A DNA stretch of 62,798 nucleotides, filler included, from Octopus bimaculoides (lineage: Eukaryota), in the NCBI RefSeq assembly GCF_001194135.2. It is 4 parts of 4 records of this genome, joined end to end, with 100 filler letters (N's around TTAATTAATTAA, not from the genome) between each part and the next. Parts side by side here need not be neighbours in the genome. Positions count along the whole stretch, not along the records: positions 1 to 12,240 come from NC_068998.1; 3 more parts are not named here. One strand, 5' to 3'. The translations under genes were made by a program, and so were the position numbers. Positions 1-10,559 of this stretch are shown here, piece after piece. The notes beneath the pieces are model-generated. The model was not told the origin of the DNA. It did no database searches and was given only the letters and a program-made list of their open reading frames with translations. Position 1 is the first letter of the stretch. The number at the start of each line of letters is the position of its first letter.

Positions 1-229
1 GCACTAGTTTAATCTTAAGTACTCTGTCACTTACTCTAACGACCTCGATTACCTTATCCACCCATTTCTCCGCTAGAAGTATTCCTACGCCCCTGACCCC
101 GTCAGTGTTCCCTGCCCAGAAAATCTTGTACCTGTGTGGAACCTCGCAGAACCTCCTCTCCATCTTACTTCTTGGATGCAGCACATATCTACGCGTCTCC
201 GTTCAAGCATCTCAACAATTTCACCCGAT

Positions 230-230
<1 letters not shown>
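1..230 (-). mobile_element. RTE-clade LINE fragment, apurinic endonuclease (APE) N-terminus
   Basis: Manual minus-strand translation gives GEIVEMLERRRVDMCCIQEVRWRGGSAR...(frameshift)...KIFWAGNTDGVRGVGILLAEKWVDKVIEVVRVSDRVLKIKLV, with the APE motifs QEVRW and GVGI typical of RTE elements. Runs off the window edge. Confidence 0.85.
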
Positions 231-274
<44 letters not shown>

Positions 275-410
275 TATCACATATATTTATAAATGTACAT
301 ATACCTATGTACGCATACATATCTACATATACATAAGTACATATATATATTTATGTCCACATACATATATACATTTACATATGTACACACACACATATGT
401 ACATATATAT
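231..410. repeat. (TA)n / (TACA)n compound microsatellite
   Basis: Direct reading of the sequence. Confidence 0.95.
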
Positions 411-989
411 ACACCGGTTTTTGTTCTTTTTTCTCTCTATTTTACTCTTTTCTTTTTCTTCTCATGACTTTTGAATTTTTAGAACATATACTCTGTACGT
501 CATTACTTTGCCTCTTTCCTTTTGTTTTTTCTTTCTTCTTTTTTTCTCCTTTTTCAAGCATGCCTGACTTTCCTCCTCCACCTTCACCACTGCCTAAAGT
601 AACACCTTTTCACATTTCTTTTCCACTGCTTTCAACCTTCTATTAATCTTTCCCTCCTAATTTTCAAAAAACACAGTTCTCCAGCCACATTTCCTTTCTC
701 AGTCGCTGCCTCCACCACCACCTCATCCCCAAAGGTTTGCGCCTCCATTTCCACCCCACTTTCCACTCTGCTTCTGCCACCCTACCTATAATCCAATACT
801 ACTTCCTACCACCTTATGCATGCCACCATTCATTCCAATCTCTCCAAAATACACACCCTCCAACCGCCTTCTCCATCTTGCTTATCCCATCCTTTTCTTC
901 TCTCTTTCACTATCCTATGCACATTCTACTCTACACTTCATCATCATCATCATCATCATCGTTTAACGTCCGCCCATTTAAATCACCTT

Positions 990-3140
990 TTCCATAAGTT
1001 TCTCATTCACACTAAACAACATAAATTCCACTGCTTCGTTATGTCACACCCCCACCCTCCCGGATACACTTTCCCCCCTCATGCTCATCCCAGCCTTTCC
1101 ACTACTCTCCCACATCTAACTATTCCTCACTTAAGTCTGTTGTTACAATTCCTCCTGATCTTCCCCTTTCTGAGGCAGAGTGCTCTCTTCTCAGTAAGGG
1201 TTTGTGCTTCATCCCCCTCACTCCATCCAGTAACGAATTTCAGACCCATGCTGATATTCATAGCTTTGTGCACTGTGTCAGGCTATATTCCACAACACTC
1301 CACCTACATCTAATGAAGAGGACTGCTTCACCGACCTGGCCCACTGACCATCCCACTGGACACAAGCAGTCGATCATTTTGCAGCCATCTGCCAAAGTGT
1401 TGTGGACTGGTTTAACTTTCACAGGCATCCCCAACATCTGAACATCTCCCCCATCGAATGTCTCTGACACACAAGGACATTATCATAAAACCGGCTGACA
1501 AGGGTGGAGCCATAGTGGTGTGGCATGCAAACTTCTAGAAGGCTGAAGCTCTCTGCCAACTTCAGGACACCTTCTATTGCCCTCTGCCCTCCAAGCCCAT
1601 GCCTAGCTACCAACGGACTGTGTACTCCACTATCTATGACATCATCTTCTCCTCCTGTCTCCCACCACCTCCAACCATATTGTCCACACTCCACCATTTA
1701 CTTCCTTCTCAAAATCCACAAGCCCAATAACCCTGGTTGCCCCAACGGCTCTGCCTGTAATTGCTCCACGCAGCTGACTTGAAATACCTCAACCGTGTCC
1801 TTGCCCCACCCGTGTAGCTTCTCTCCCAACCCACATCCACGATACTAACCATGCACCATTTCCAACACTTCTGTTGCCTTTTTCAACATTTCGGTCAACA
1901 TACACAACTCCGCTCTCACTACCTCCATCCACTACAAACACACTAACTCACACTCATACTTCAACTTCTTCTCCTCCCACCCTACCCACACCAAACTCTC
2001 CATCTCCTACTCACAATTCCTCTGTCTGCGCAGGCTCTGCAGTGACAACCATGACTTTGAGAGTCTCAACTCATGGCTTGCCACTTTATCCTTCGTGAAT
2101 AACCTTTCACCACTATCCACACTGCCCTTGCCAGAGCACATTCCGTGGACCGTGCCTCTGCTCTCTCTCCCTACACCTGCCCTGCTGTTGTCCCTCACTT
2201 ACCACACCTCCAACAGACCATTCTCCAAGCCTTCAGGCGACTAGTCTGACCCCTCCACTTCACACATCTTCCCAACTTCCCTCTTCCCTCCTTCAAACAA
2301 GCCCACAAGCTGCGTGACCTCCTGGTCCAGTTTCTTCCCTAACCCCACCTCCCAACCTGGCTTGTTCCCCTGCTCCTTGCCCCTACCTCTCCAACACCAC
2401 CATCCTCAAAGGCACCCATCATTATCCCTATCATATGATTGACTCCTTTACTGGCACTTCTAACAACATCATTTACTGCATCTCCCGCTCTTTCTACCCT
2501 TCTCTGTACATCAGTCAAACGGGATGCCTGCTTGGCTGACCATTTTGCAGAGCACCTCAAAGATATTAGACTCGGCAATGACATCCTGGTCTTGCGCCAT
2601 TTCCGCTCTACTAGTCGGTTATTCATTACAAAACCTGTCTGTGTTCAGATTGTCTTTGCACAGTGGCCATCCGGACTCCCACCTTCGCCATGAACAGGAA
2701 TTAATCTCTCTTTGCTCCTTTGCACCACATGGACTCAATGCCCTGCCCCTCTTCACTCCTACCCACCTTCTCTCTTCATTGATAACCCTTCCATCCACAC
2801 CCACTCCTACATCCTCACCCCCAACCCACACCACACACTAGCATTGACCACTTCTCAGCACTCACACACACATCCAGTCTCTAGCCCCTATCCACATGCA
2901 CCTTCGTTTTGCGATCACCAGTACTTTATTATCTCCTCTTCCTAGCTCTCCTTTTCCCAACCAGTCTCCATGATCATTCGCTAAATCCACAAGTTTTTAT
3001 ATTATCTCTCTTTCTGTCGAAGAGCATAGGCTCGAAACGTAAAAGACTTTCTCACTTTCCCAAGCGTCAAACTAACACACCTGCGTGTTGTTTATACACC
3101 TGTCTTCGTCTTGTTTTTCTGTAAATTTCAACTATATATA
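990..3140 (+). mobile_element. Decayed Penelope-like element (RT + GIY-YIG + 3' pLTR)
   Basis: Frameshifted motifs in order: FSEAECSLLSKGLCFIP (~1165-1215), FLLKIHKPNNPGCP (~1700-1745; cf. LPKIHK..PGRP), IYCIS..LYI.QTG..DHFAEHL (GIY-YIG, ~2470-2560), then a pLTR-like tail with an HHR motif ending at (TA)n. Confidence 0.8.
3009..3046 (+). ncRNA. Minimal type I hammerhead ribozyme motif (A6U variant) in PLE pLTR
   Basis: TCTTT-CTGTCGA-A-GAGC ATAG GCTC-GAAA-CG-TA-AAAGA. Helix I TCTTT/AAAGA 5 bp, helix II GAGC/GCTC, palindromic ACGT replacing helix III. Core CUGUCGA deviates from CUGANGA. Confidence 0.6.
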
Positions 3141-3153
3141 TATATATATACCT

Positions 3154-3677
3154 TCATCATTTAACGTCCGTTTTCCATGCTGGCATGCTGGAAGGCTGCA
3201 CCAGGATCCAGTCTGATTTGGCTTGGATTTCTATTACTGGATGCCCTTTCTAACACCAACTATTCCAAGAATGTAATGGGTGCTTTCATGTACCACCAGC
3301 ATGGGTGCCATTTACATCATGCTGGTATCTGCTACGACTGCGATTTTATTCAGCTTGATGGGTCTTTTCCTCAAGCACAACATAATGCGGAAGGTCTTGG
3401 TCACTGCCTCTGTGAGACACAACACTCAAAAGGAGCTTGGCCACTTTGCCTCCATGAGGTCCAACGCTCAAAACAAACCCAGTCCCAATGACTCCGTGAG
3501 GCCCATGAGAAAGGAACTCAGCCACCTCGCCTCCATTTCCGTGCTTGAGAAGGAAACCCCTCAAGCCAAGTGAAACCAGTCGTGGCAGATACTGGTGTCA
3601 GCTTACCAGTCCTGGTCAAACAGTCCAACCCATGCCAGCATGGACAACGGGTGGTAAAAGATGATGATTATGATGAT
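3154..3677. mobile_element. Non-autonomous element bounded by two outward-facing RTE 3' tails
   Basis: Left end tcatcatttaacgtccgttttccatgctggcatg is the imperfect reverse complement of right end catgccagcatggacaacgggtggtaaaagatgatga. Both match the tail that follows the RTE ORF2 at 51440-51483. Confidence 0.65.
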
Positions 3678-3699
3678 ATATATTTTAGGAAGTTATGGC

Positions 3700-4900
3700 C
3701 AGTTATATAGAATGACCATTGGTTTCATAGCTATAAAGCACTTAGTAGTACAGGTGACTCATCAAACTCAAATGGACAAAGGCACATAACCTCTACAACT
3801 TGAGGAAGAAATATGTCAGGCAGTTTTATGAACAAAAAGTATTTGACCATGCAGTAGGCAAGATGGTGGGCCTATTTAATGAATAATGAATTCCAAGTTT
3901 GTAGTAGGAGACATTTTAGATGTGGGCATTGATTAAATACTTATTTCCTGGGGTTTAACAAGGTCACAGGTTCAAGTGTGTTTTGTAGGATTCTCACACT
4001 GTCTGCCAAGCAAAGGTTATATTGTTTCTACCATTTATATAAGTCCCTGGTTGTTCAAGGAGCTTCCATTTCATTTCGTATGGGGTTTCCTTCCTCATTT
4101 AAGTGCTATACATGGCTAGCCAGGTACGTGATGTTGCGTTTTTCCCATATTCTAAAAGAGGACTTGTGGTTGTTCAGATGTTGCCTAAAAAGGGCATAGT
4201 TTAACCTACATATTTTCTTGTCTGTGTATTGGATGTGCTACCACTGCTAAGGTTTCTTTCGTCAACTCCAGGTCTCCTGTCATTGTTGTTGCTGGAGTTT
4301 GGTGGTTCTGTTGCTGGTGGCATAATAGCTATTCCTAGCTGCAAAGTTGATGTTGCTACTGCCATCATAACTGTTAGTATTATTGTCTCTGCTGCTGTTT
4401 TTGGCAGATGTATTGTTGCCGCTTAGGATGTTACTCTTGCCACCACCGTCACTGCTGTCGTCGTTGTTGGTGTCAACAGAAATGTTGTTGCTGCTCAGGC
4501 TGTTACTCTGGTTGTGTGTGCCAGTTACCACCTCATTCTCATATACAACCCCCTTAGTTTCGCATTGACTCCACCACCAGGTATTTGTTGTATACCTTAC
4601 ATGAGCATCCTGCCTCTGCTTGTGGCTTAGGGATGCTCACTAAAATTTTCTTAATGTTAGGTGTGCAACTGAAGGATACCCTTATTAAACAAATGTCCAT
4701 ATCTGTGTCACACAGATACATATGTTTACTCAAGAAATTAGACTAATTAGAGTGGAGAATTCATTTTTAACATCTTTATGTTGTGTTGTATTATCTTCCA
4801 ATTACGCTTCGTTGCACTTACACAGGTTCTTTTAGGTATGATCACTTCATGAATAACAATGAACATTTTCTAGTTGACCTTGAATACACCTTCGTAATGC
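3700..4900 (-). mobile_element. Decayed Penelope-like element 3' part (linker + GIY-YIG)
   Basis: Minus strand reads RVSFSCTPNIKKIL (cf. KVSYSCMPN), GVVYENEV, a low-complexity expansion, then KYVG...HLNNHKSSFR...LASHV.HL...MKWKLLE and LLNPR. Same motif order as the element at 51.6-53.8 kb. Confidence 0.75.
3710..3769 (-). ncRNA. Degenerate hammerhead-like motif downstream of PLE endonuclease
   Basis: Minus strand GAGT-TTGATGA-GTCA...CTAT-GAAA-CCAATGG-TC-ATTC. Helix I is plausible (one GU pair); helix II is poorly paired. Confidence 0.35.
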
Positions 4901-5070
4901 ATGTGTTTGGTGTGTGTATGCATGTTTGTGTGTGTTTATGAGAGAGTTGTTTGTTGGTGCAATGACTATGTGATGGATGAAGATTGAACGAACATCTTAA
5001 TCAGCAGTGAAATAACTTTACCATTAAAACAAATCATTATATTACAACCAGTTCTTAAATGCAAACCTAC

Positions 5071-5309
5071 CTCTTTTCGAATGTAATTAATCATCTGAAT
5101 GCAATTGTAGGATGTGAAGGACATGTTCTGACAGAGTTCCCTCAAGTTTATCTGATGCACTAAATCCAAATGTTCCAAAGAAGAGATGGCATTTTCACAC
5201 ATACATGGACAAAACAAACAACGGCAGGGTCCTGTCACGTTCACCTCATCTTCACCTTCATCCCAGGAGCAGTCACTTGAAAGTAAGTCTAAAGTGGCAC
5301 TTCCAAAGC
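5071..5309 (-). CDS. PRMT3: Internal coding exon, PRMT3-like N-terminal acidic patch + C2H2 zinc finger (protein arginine methyltransferase 3; ZNF277 not excluded)
   Basis: Acceptor ttttctttctatgcag|GC (phase 1) and donor GAG|gtaggt (phase 0) bound a 239-nt open exon: FGSATLDLLSSDCSWDEGEDEVNVTGPCRCLFCPCMCENAISSLEHLDLVHQINLRELCQNMSFTSYNCIQMINYIRKE. C-x2-C-x12-H-x4-H plus YxxIxMINYIR matches human PRMT3 CLFC...H....H...FYGYIKLINFIR from recall. Other exons not located. Confidence 0.75.
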
Positions 5310-6359
5310 CTGCATAGAAAGAAAATGTAAAATGAAACACATAAAATAGTGAAAAATACAAAAACAGTAATGAGCTGGCAACACCAGCAGAGCTGTAGAT
5401 TTGAAAATGCAACACAGTATTTACTTTGTTCCACTATTTGGATTGAAATTTTCTTTAGAGCCAGTGTTGCCTTTCATACTAAAGTTATTCATAAAATAAA
5501 CACCTTTAAGTTCACTATATGCCTAATCAAAAGATCATAAAGAAATGAAGTTAAGCAAAGACTTTTAATCAACAAACTAATAGTCAAATTTTTCTAAAAC
5601 AATTACCATATATTATCTTCATCCATCTACATTCAGAGTAATATCATCCACACACACACCCTTGGTAGGCTTTTCCGTAACAACAGGATTATTGTCTATC
5701 AGAGTAGATGTGGCAAGTTCAAGGTTCCTCTATACACTTCCTACTTTAGCAGCATATAAGTAGTGAATTTGATCCATCACACAATTTAACAATACCACAT
5801 AGCTCTTGTGAACTGTTAATGGAATCCATTTTGTTGCAAGTATTTGTACAACATATTTTGTGTTGCTTCAAAATGTTATCCACCTTCCATTTTTCTCTAA
5901 AAGATATCATAGGTGCTAGATTTCCTCTTCTGAGTAAGCCATAAAGAAAAGATCCAATATCCCCACTGACTCTCTGCAGCAGGATTCTCAATAATTAAAT
6001 GTGAGCTACCCCCTCCCCCATGGTCAATCAACCTGCTAGAAATAGCAGTCAAATTCCTCAATTCACATCCTACAACTTGGGAATAGAAAGAACATATTAA
6101 ATAATATAGTTCTTCATGAGGTGATCGTGACTGAAACACCTTTAATTATAGGTCTGCTTGCTCAAGGTTGACCTGGAGCTAGACTAAACCAAGTGATGAC
6201 CACATGAGCAAAAGTTTACATCTTCACTTTGCCTATGAATGTTACAATATGAGTTTCATGACTTCACCTGAATTCAATTAATCTGGTCATGAACATTAGG
6301 TATATACTATTTATATTAACTTATTTAAACCATTTTTTCTGCTAGAGTTGATATTTTCC

Positions 6360-6407
<48 letters not shown>

Positions 6408-6724
6408 TATGCACATACACACACACACAATTCAGTCACTGAGATTACGATATTCTTTTTTTACAGAATTTTAAATACCACTGATTCTTATTTGTACCTT
6501 GTATAAATGATGCAGCCTTCTTTAATTTACATACACCAGCCTTCCAAAGTTCTGTTTAGGCATAGTATTGGCAGAGAAATTGGTAGATAAGGGGATCAGA
6601 GCAATGAGGATGTGTGATAAGAAAAGTCTTAGTTAATGCAAGTGTGACATTTATTTCTGCTGACATATGCAGATGAACAGAAGAACTAATTTTAAAAGGC
6701 CCTTTTACACACTATCCTGATGAT

Positions 6725-7020
6725 CATCATGGCAGGTGACATCAAGACATGTTGGGCAGAATTCTAATGCATTCCATGTATGCACAGAAGCTATAGCAAT
6801 GGGTTTTGGTTCAAAGAATGAAGAGGGAACAAGGCTGCTAATGACATGATAATCAGCATTCTTCACGAAACCAGTCAACCACCTGAAACACCTATCAATC
6901 TGACAGATACATCAACTTTTCTAGGAAAGAAGAAAGACAGATGGTTGTGAATACAAAGTCTTTCACAAGTGAAGACTGTGCAACCCAATATAGGTTAGTG
7001 GTTAGTGATTTCAGATGAAA
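6725..7020 (+). mobile_element. RTE-clade LINE APE fragment, decayed
   Basis: Fragments IMAGD, GFGSKNEEGTRLL, FTKPVNHL and RW..NTKSFTSEDCATQYRLVVSDFR are C-terminal APE motifs (GDxN, GxRNxxG.RL, SDHR-like). Confidence 0.7.
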
Positions 7021-7479
7021 ATCTGTTCAGAAATAGAACATATGGAAGCTTAAAGTCCTTTGGTATGGTTGTTAGTCATATCTTCTTTTTTAGATGTTCT
7101 CATACCAGGTAAGCTGGTGTTCACAATAATCAGACTAAGATTTGTCTAGGTTTCGAAATATCTTATTCACCACTACACTCTATTTACATATGTACATTCA
7201 ATAAATTAATATTGTGGAAATGGTACAGGGTACATGTATCATTGCATATGATATTTGATTGACAGTACTACTTTAGGCCTGTGAATAGAAAAGAAAGATA
7301 AGCAAGTTGAGACTACCAGACAGGAAGAATGACCAACTCATGCCAAACGTGAAGTAACCCTATCGAAATTGAATCTGTTTAGTGGAAAAACTTGCACCAT
7401 TACCATAAAGTTACCACCTCAGCCATAAATAAGTCAGCCAGTACTGATTGCTCAAGCCATATTAACATAGCTGTTAGTA

Positions 7480-8039
7480 CGAGGGTGAGTCAAAAATTAA
7501 TGCCTAATGCCATCTTATTTAGGGCAGGTATAATTACCAAAACAGGAACATGTATCATACATCAAAATAAAGCTGGTCCTCTGTGGATCACATCCCTACT
7601 TCTCAACATAGTCACCGTTTCTCCCAATAGCAATGTTCCACCTTCAAATGAAAGCATGTATCCCTGCCCCGTAAAATTCTGTTGACTGTTCTTTGAGCCA
7701 CTTCACTACAGTTTTCACTTACTCGTCACTGGAATAATGTTTGCTTCTCTAACCCTCTTTTGTGGCGCCGAAGAGATGATAGTCTGAAGGCGCTAAATCT
7801 GGTGAGTGTGGAGGTAGTGAAGAAGTGGCTCAAAGAACAGTCAACAGGATTTTGCAGGGCAGGGATACATGCTCTTATTCGAAGGTGGAACATTGCTAAT
7901 GAGAGAAACAGTGACTATGTTGAGAAGTAGGGATGTGATCCACAGAAGACCAGCTTCATTTTGATGTATGATACATGTTCCTGTGTTGGTAATTATACCT
8001 GTCCTAAACAAAATGGCATTAATTTTTTACTCACCCTCG
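7480..8039. mobile_element. Mariner-derived MITE with ~225-bp terminal inverted repeats
   Basis: TA|cgagggtgagtcaaaaattaatgcc ... ggcattaattttttactcaccctcg|TA. Arms ~7480-7706 and ~7820-8039. Minus strand of the core encodes PHSPDLAPSDYHLFG. Confidence 0.9.
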
Positions 8040-8068
8040 TACATTTTATGGTGACTCACTTCCTTTAA

Positions 8069-8789
8069 CTCTTTGGTGTTCAGATTAATTTGTCAAATGT
8101 AATGCTTATCTGTTAACATTAATTTTGATTTAATCAGGTTCAAGTGGAGTGTCCGCAATATTTACTTGTAACTTTGTTAATTTTCTACATACAGATTTGA
8201 AACTTTGTAAATGGGTGCTTATATGCCAGTGGTTTATATTTACATAACTTTAGCTGATCTTTCTGATTAAATTTGATTTTTATGGGCAGGTAAATTTAAT
8301 TAACAGGTGTAAAAACAATAACATTATGAATAAACACTAAAATTCATATTCTTAATACGTCTTGCCTGTTTGATTTGTTACTAAAATTATCCCAGATGTC
8401 AACCGCCAACAATTTTACATTTTTCAAGATGAGGTACATTAATTTGAATTAATTAAAATACAGGTGTAATCAATACAAGATTTCAATTTTTTTCTATATT
8501 TCATTCAAAATAAAGTACAAAACTCTTTTACTAGTCAATATACCATTGGCTATGTACTCTTATACAATTTAATAAATTCATTCACATAACAGAATGCATC
8601 TAATAAAAAACATTTCATTAACAGGTGAGACAAAGGTGAATACAGGTGTGTAACATACTGAAAATTAATATGCATTTCTCACTTTCACATATTATTTATA
8701 ATAAAATGAGAAATTTACTTGTTGGTTGATGTTGGCTTAAGAATAATGATAAAAGTTAACGGCACCCAGTTTTAGGTAGCTTTCAAGGG
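8069..8789. mobile_element. Probable TTAA-flanked (piggyBac-type) MITE
   Basis: TTAA|ctctttggtgttcagatta ... tttcaaggg|TTAA. Short imperfect TIR, non-coding AT-rich interior. Confidence 0.45.
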
Positions 8790-8820
8790 TTAATTCTTAG
8801 TTCCTATTTTATGATATTAA

Positions 8821-10301
8821 CCCTTTCGTTACCATATTTCTAACCAAAATACACCCCTTATGTGTTTCAATTAATTTCTAGCATAATCATAAATTTAGTC
8901 TGGTTTCATTAAACAACTCTAACTTTTTTATTTATCAACATATTAATGTGATTTTTGGAAGATAATTTAACAAAAGGTTCTCAACCAATTCTATACCAAA
9001 ATTTTTGTCACAAAGTGACTCTAATTACAGGTAAATTCAACAAAATATAAAATTATTTAAATTTTTGTTCAAACATCGCTATAGAAAATGGGTTATTAGC
9101 TAATATTCAATTGGGTATACAACAAAATATTATTATAGAAGAGTTGTGCACATTACTGGATTCATTACTGTCTCTTTTGCCAGTATAAAATTAAAATCCA
9201 GAGCAGTACCCNNNNNNNNNNNNNNNNNNNNNNNNNNNNNNNNNNNNNNNNNNNNNNNNNNNNNNNNNNNNNNNNNNNNNNNNNNNNNNNNNNNNNNNNN
9301 NNNNNNNNNNNNNNNNNNNNNNNNNNNNNNNNNNNNNNNNNNNNNNNNNNNNNNNNNNNNNNNNNNNNNNNNNNNNNNNNNNNNNNNNNNNNNNNNNNNN
9401 NNNNNNNNNNNNNNNNNNNNNNNNNNNNNNNNNNNNNNNNNNNNNNNNNNNNNNNNNNNNNNNNNNNNNNNNNNNNNNNNNNNNNNNNNNNNNNNNNNNN
9501 NNNNNNNNNNNNNNNNNNNNNNNNNNNNNNNNNNNNNNNNNNNNNNNNNNNNNNNNNNNNNNNNNNNNNNNNNNNNNNNNNNNNNNNNNNNNNNNNNNNN
9601 NNNNNNNNNNNNNNNNNNNNNNNNNNNNNNNNNNNNNNNNNNNNNNNNNNNNNNNNNNNNNNNNNNNNNNNNNNNNNNNNNNNNNNNNNNNNNNNNNNNN
9701 NNNNNNNNNNNNNNNNNNNNNNNNNNNNNNNNNNNNNNNNNNNNNNNNNNNNNNNNNNNNNNNNNNNNNNNNNNNNNNNNNNNNNNNNNNNNNNNNNNNN
9801 NNNNNNNNNNNNNNNNNNNNNNNNNNNNNNNNNNNNNNNNNNNNNNNNNNNNNNNNNNNNNNNNNNNNNNNNNNNNNNNNNNNNNNNNNNNNNNNNNNNN
9901 NNNNNNNNNNNNNNNNNNNNNNNNNNNNNNNNNNNNNNNNNNNNNNNNNNNNNNNNNNNNNNNNNNNNNNNNNNNNNNNNNNNNNNNNNNNNNNNNNNNN
10001 NNNNNNNNNNNNNNNNNNNNNNNNNNNNNNNNNNNNNNNNNNNNNNNNNNNNNNNNNNNNNNNNNNNNNGAACAAATTTTGAAAAAAATCTCCCAAAATT
10101 CACAAAATTAAAAAAACACATTGATCGTCGTACAAAGCTACAGCTGAACTGTTTACACAAATAATCACGTGTTTTCACGAATGTACTAACGAGATTTGCT
10201 CAGATATTCTCATTTAAATATGAATAGGTGATTACGGGCGGTTTGGTCACATGAACCAAAATTTTTTTCGGGCGGCTTTGGGCGGTTTGGTAACGAAAGG
10301 G
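8821..10301. mobile_element. TTAA-flanked (piggyBac-type) non-autonomous element, interior partly gap
   Basis: TTAA (8817-8820)|CCCTTTCGTTACC ... GGTAACGAAAGGG|TTAA (10302-10305): perfect 13-bp TIR and TTAA TSD. The two ends are separated by an N gap. Confidence 0.75.
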
Positions 10302-10559
10302 TTAAACAAATGAGAGATTAATCTCCTCTACTGGATAAGATACCAGTGTATTCCCTGATGATCTGGTACCTACCCCCAGCATTTATGTGAGTTGAGGTAA
10401 TGTGGCAGCATAGTTTTCTCACCTGAAATACAATAAAATTTGGATAGATTTTAACATTTGATCCTTTAATTTCTCCAGATGTTAGATTAAGTAGAGATGA
10501 ACAATGATTTATATTCATTTCATTCAATAATCACTAAGCTAATATTTTCCTGAGTGTTA

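Noticed and set aside
5746-6139. Two short minus-strand ORFs next to the PRMT3-like exon
   Set aside because: No recognisable motif or convincing splice pair; could not be linked to the gene.
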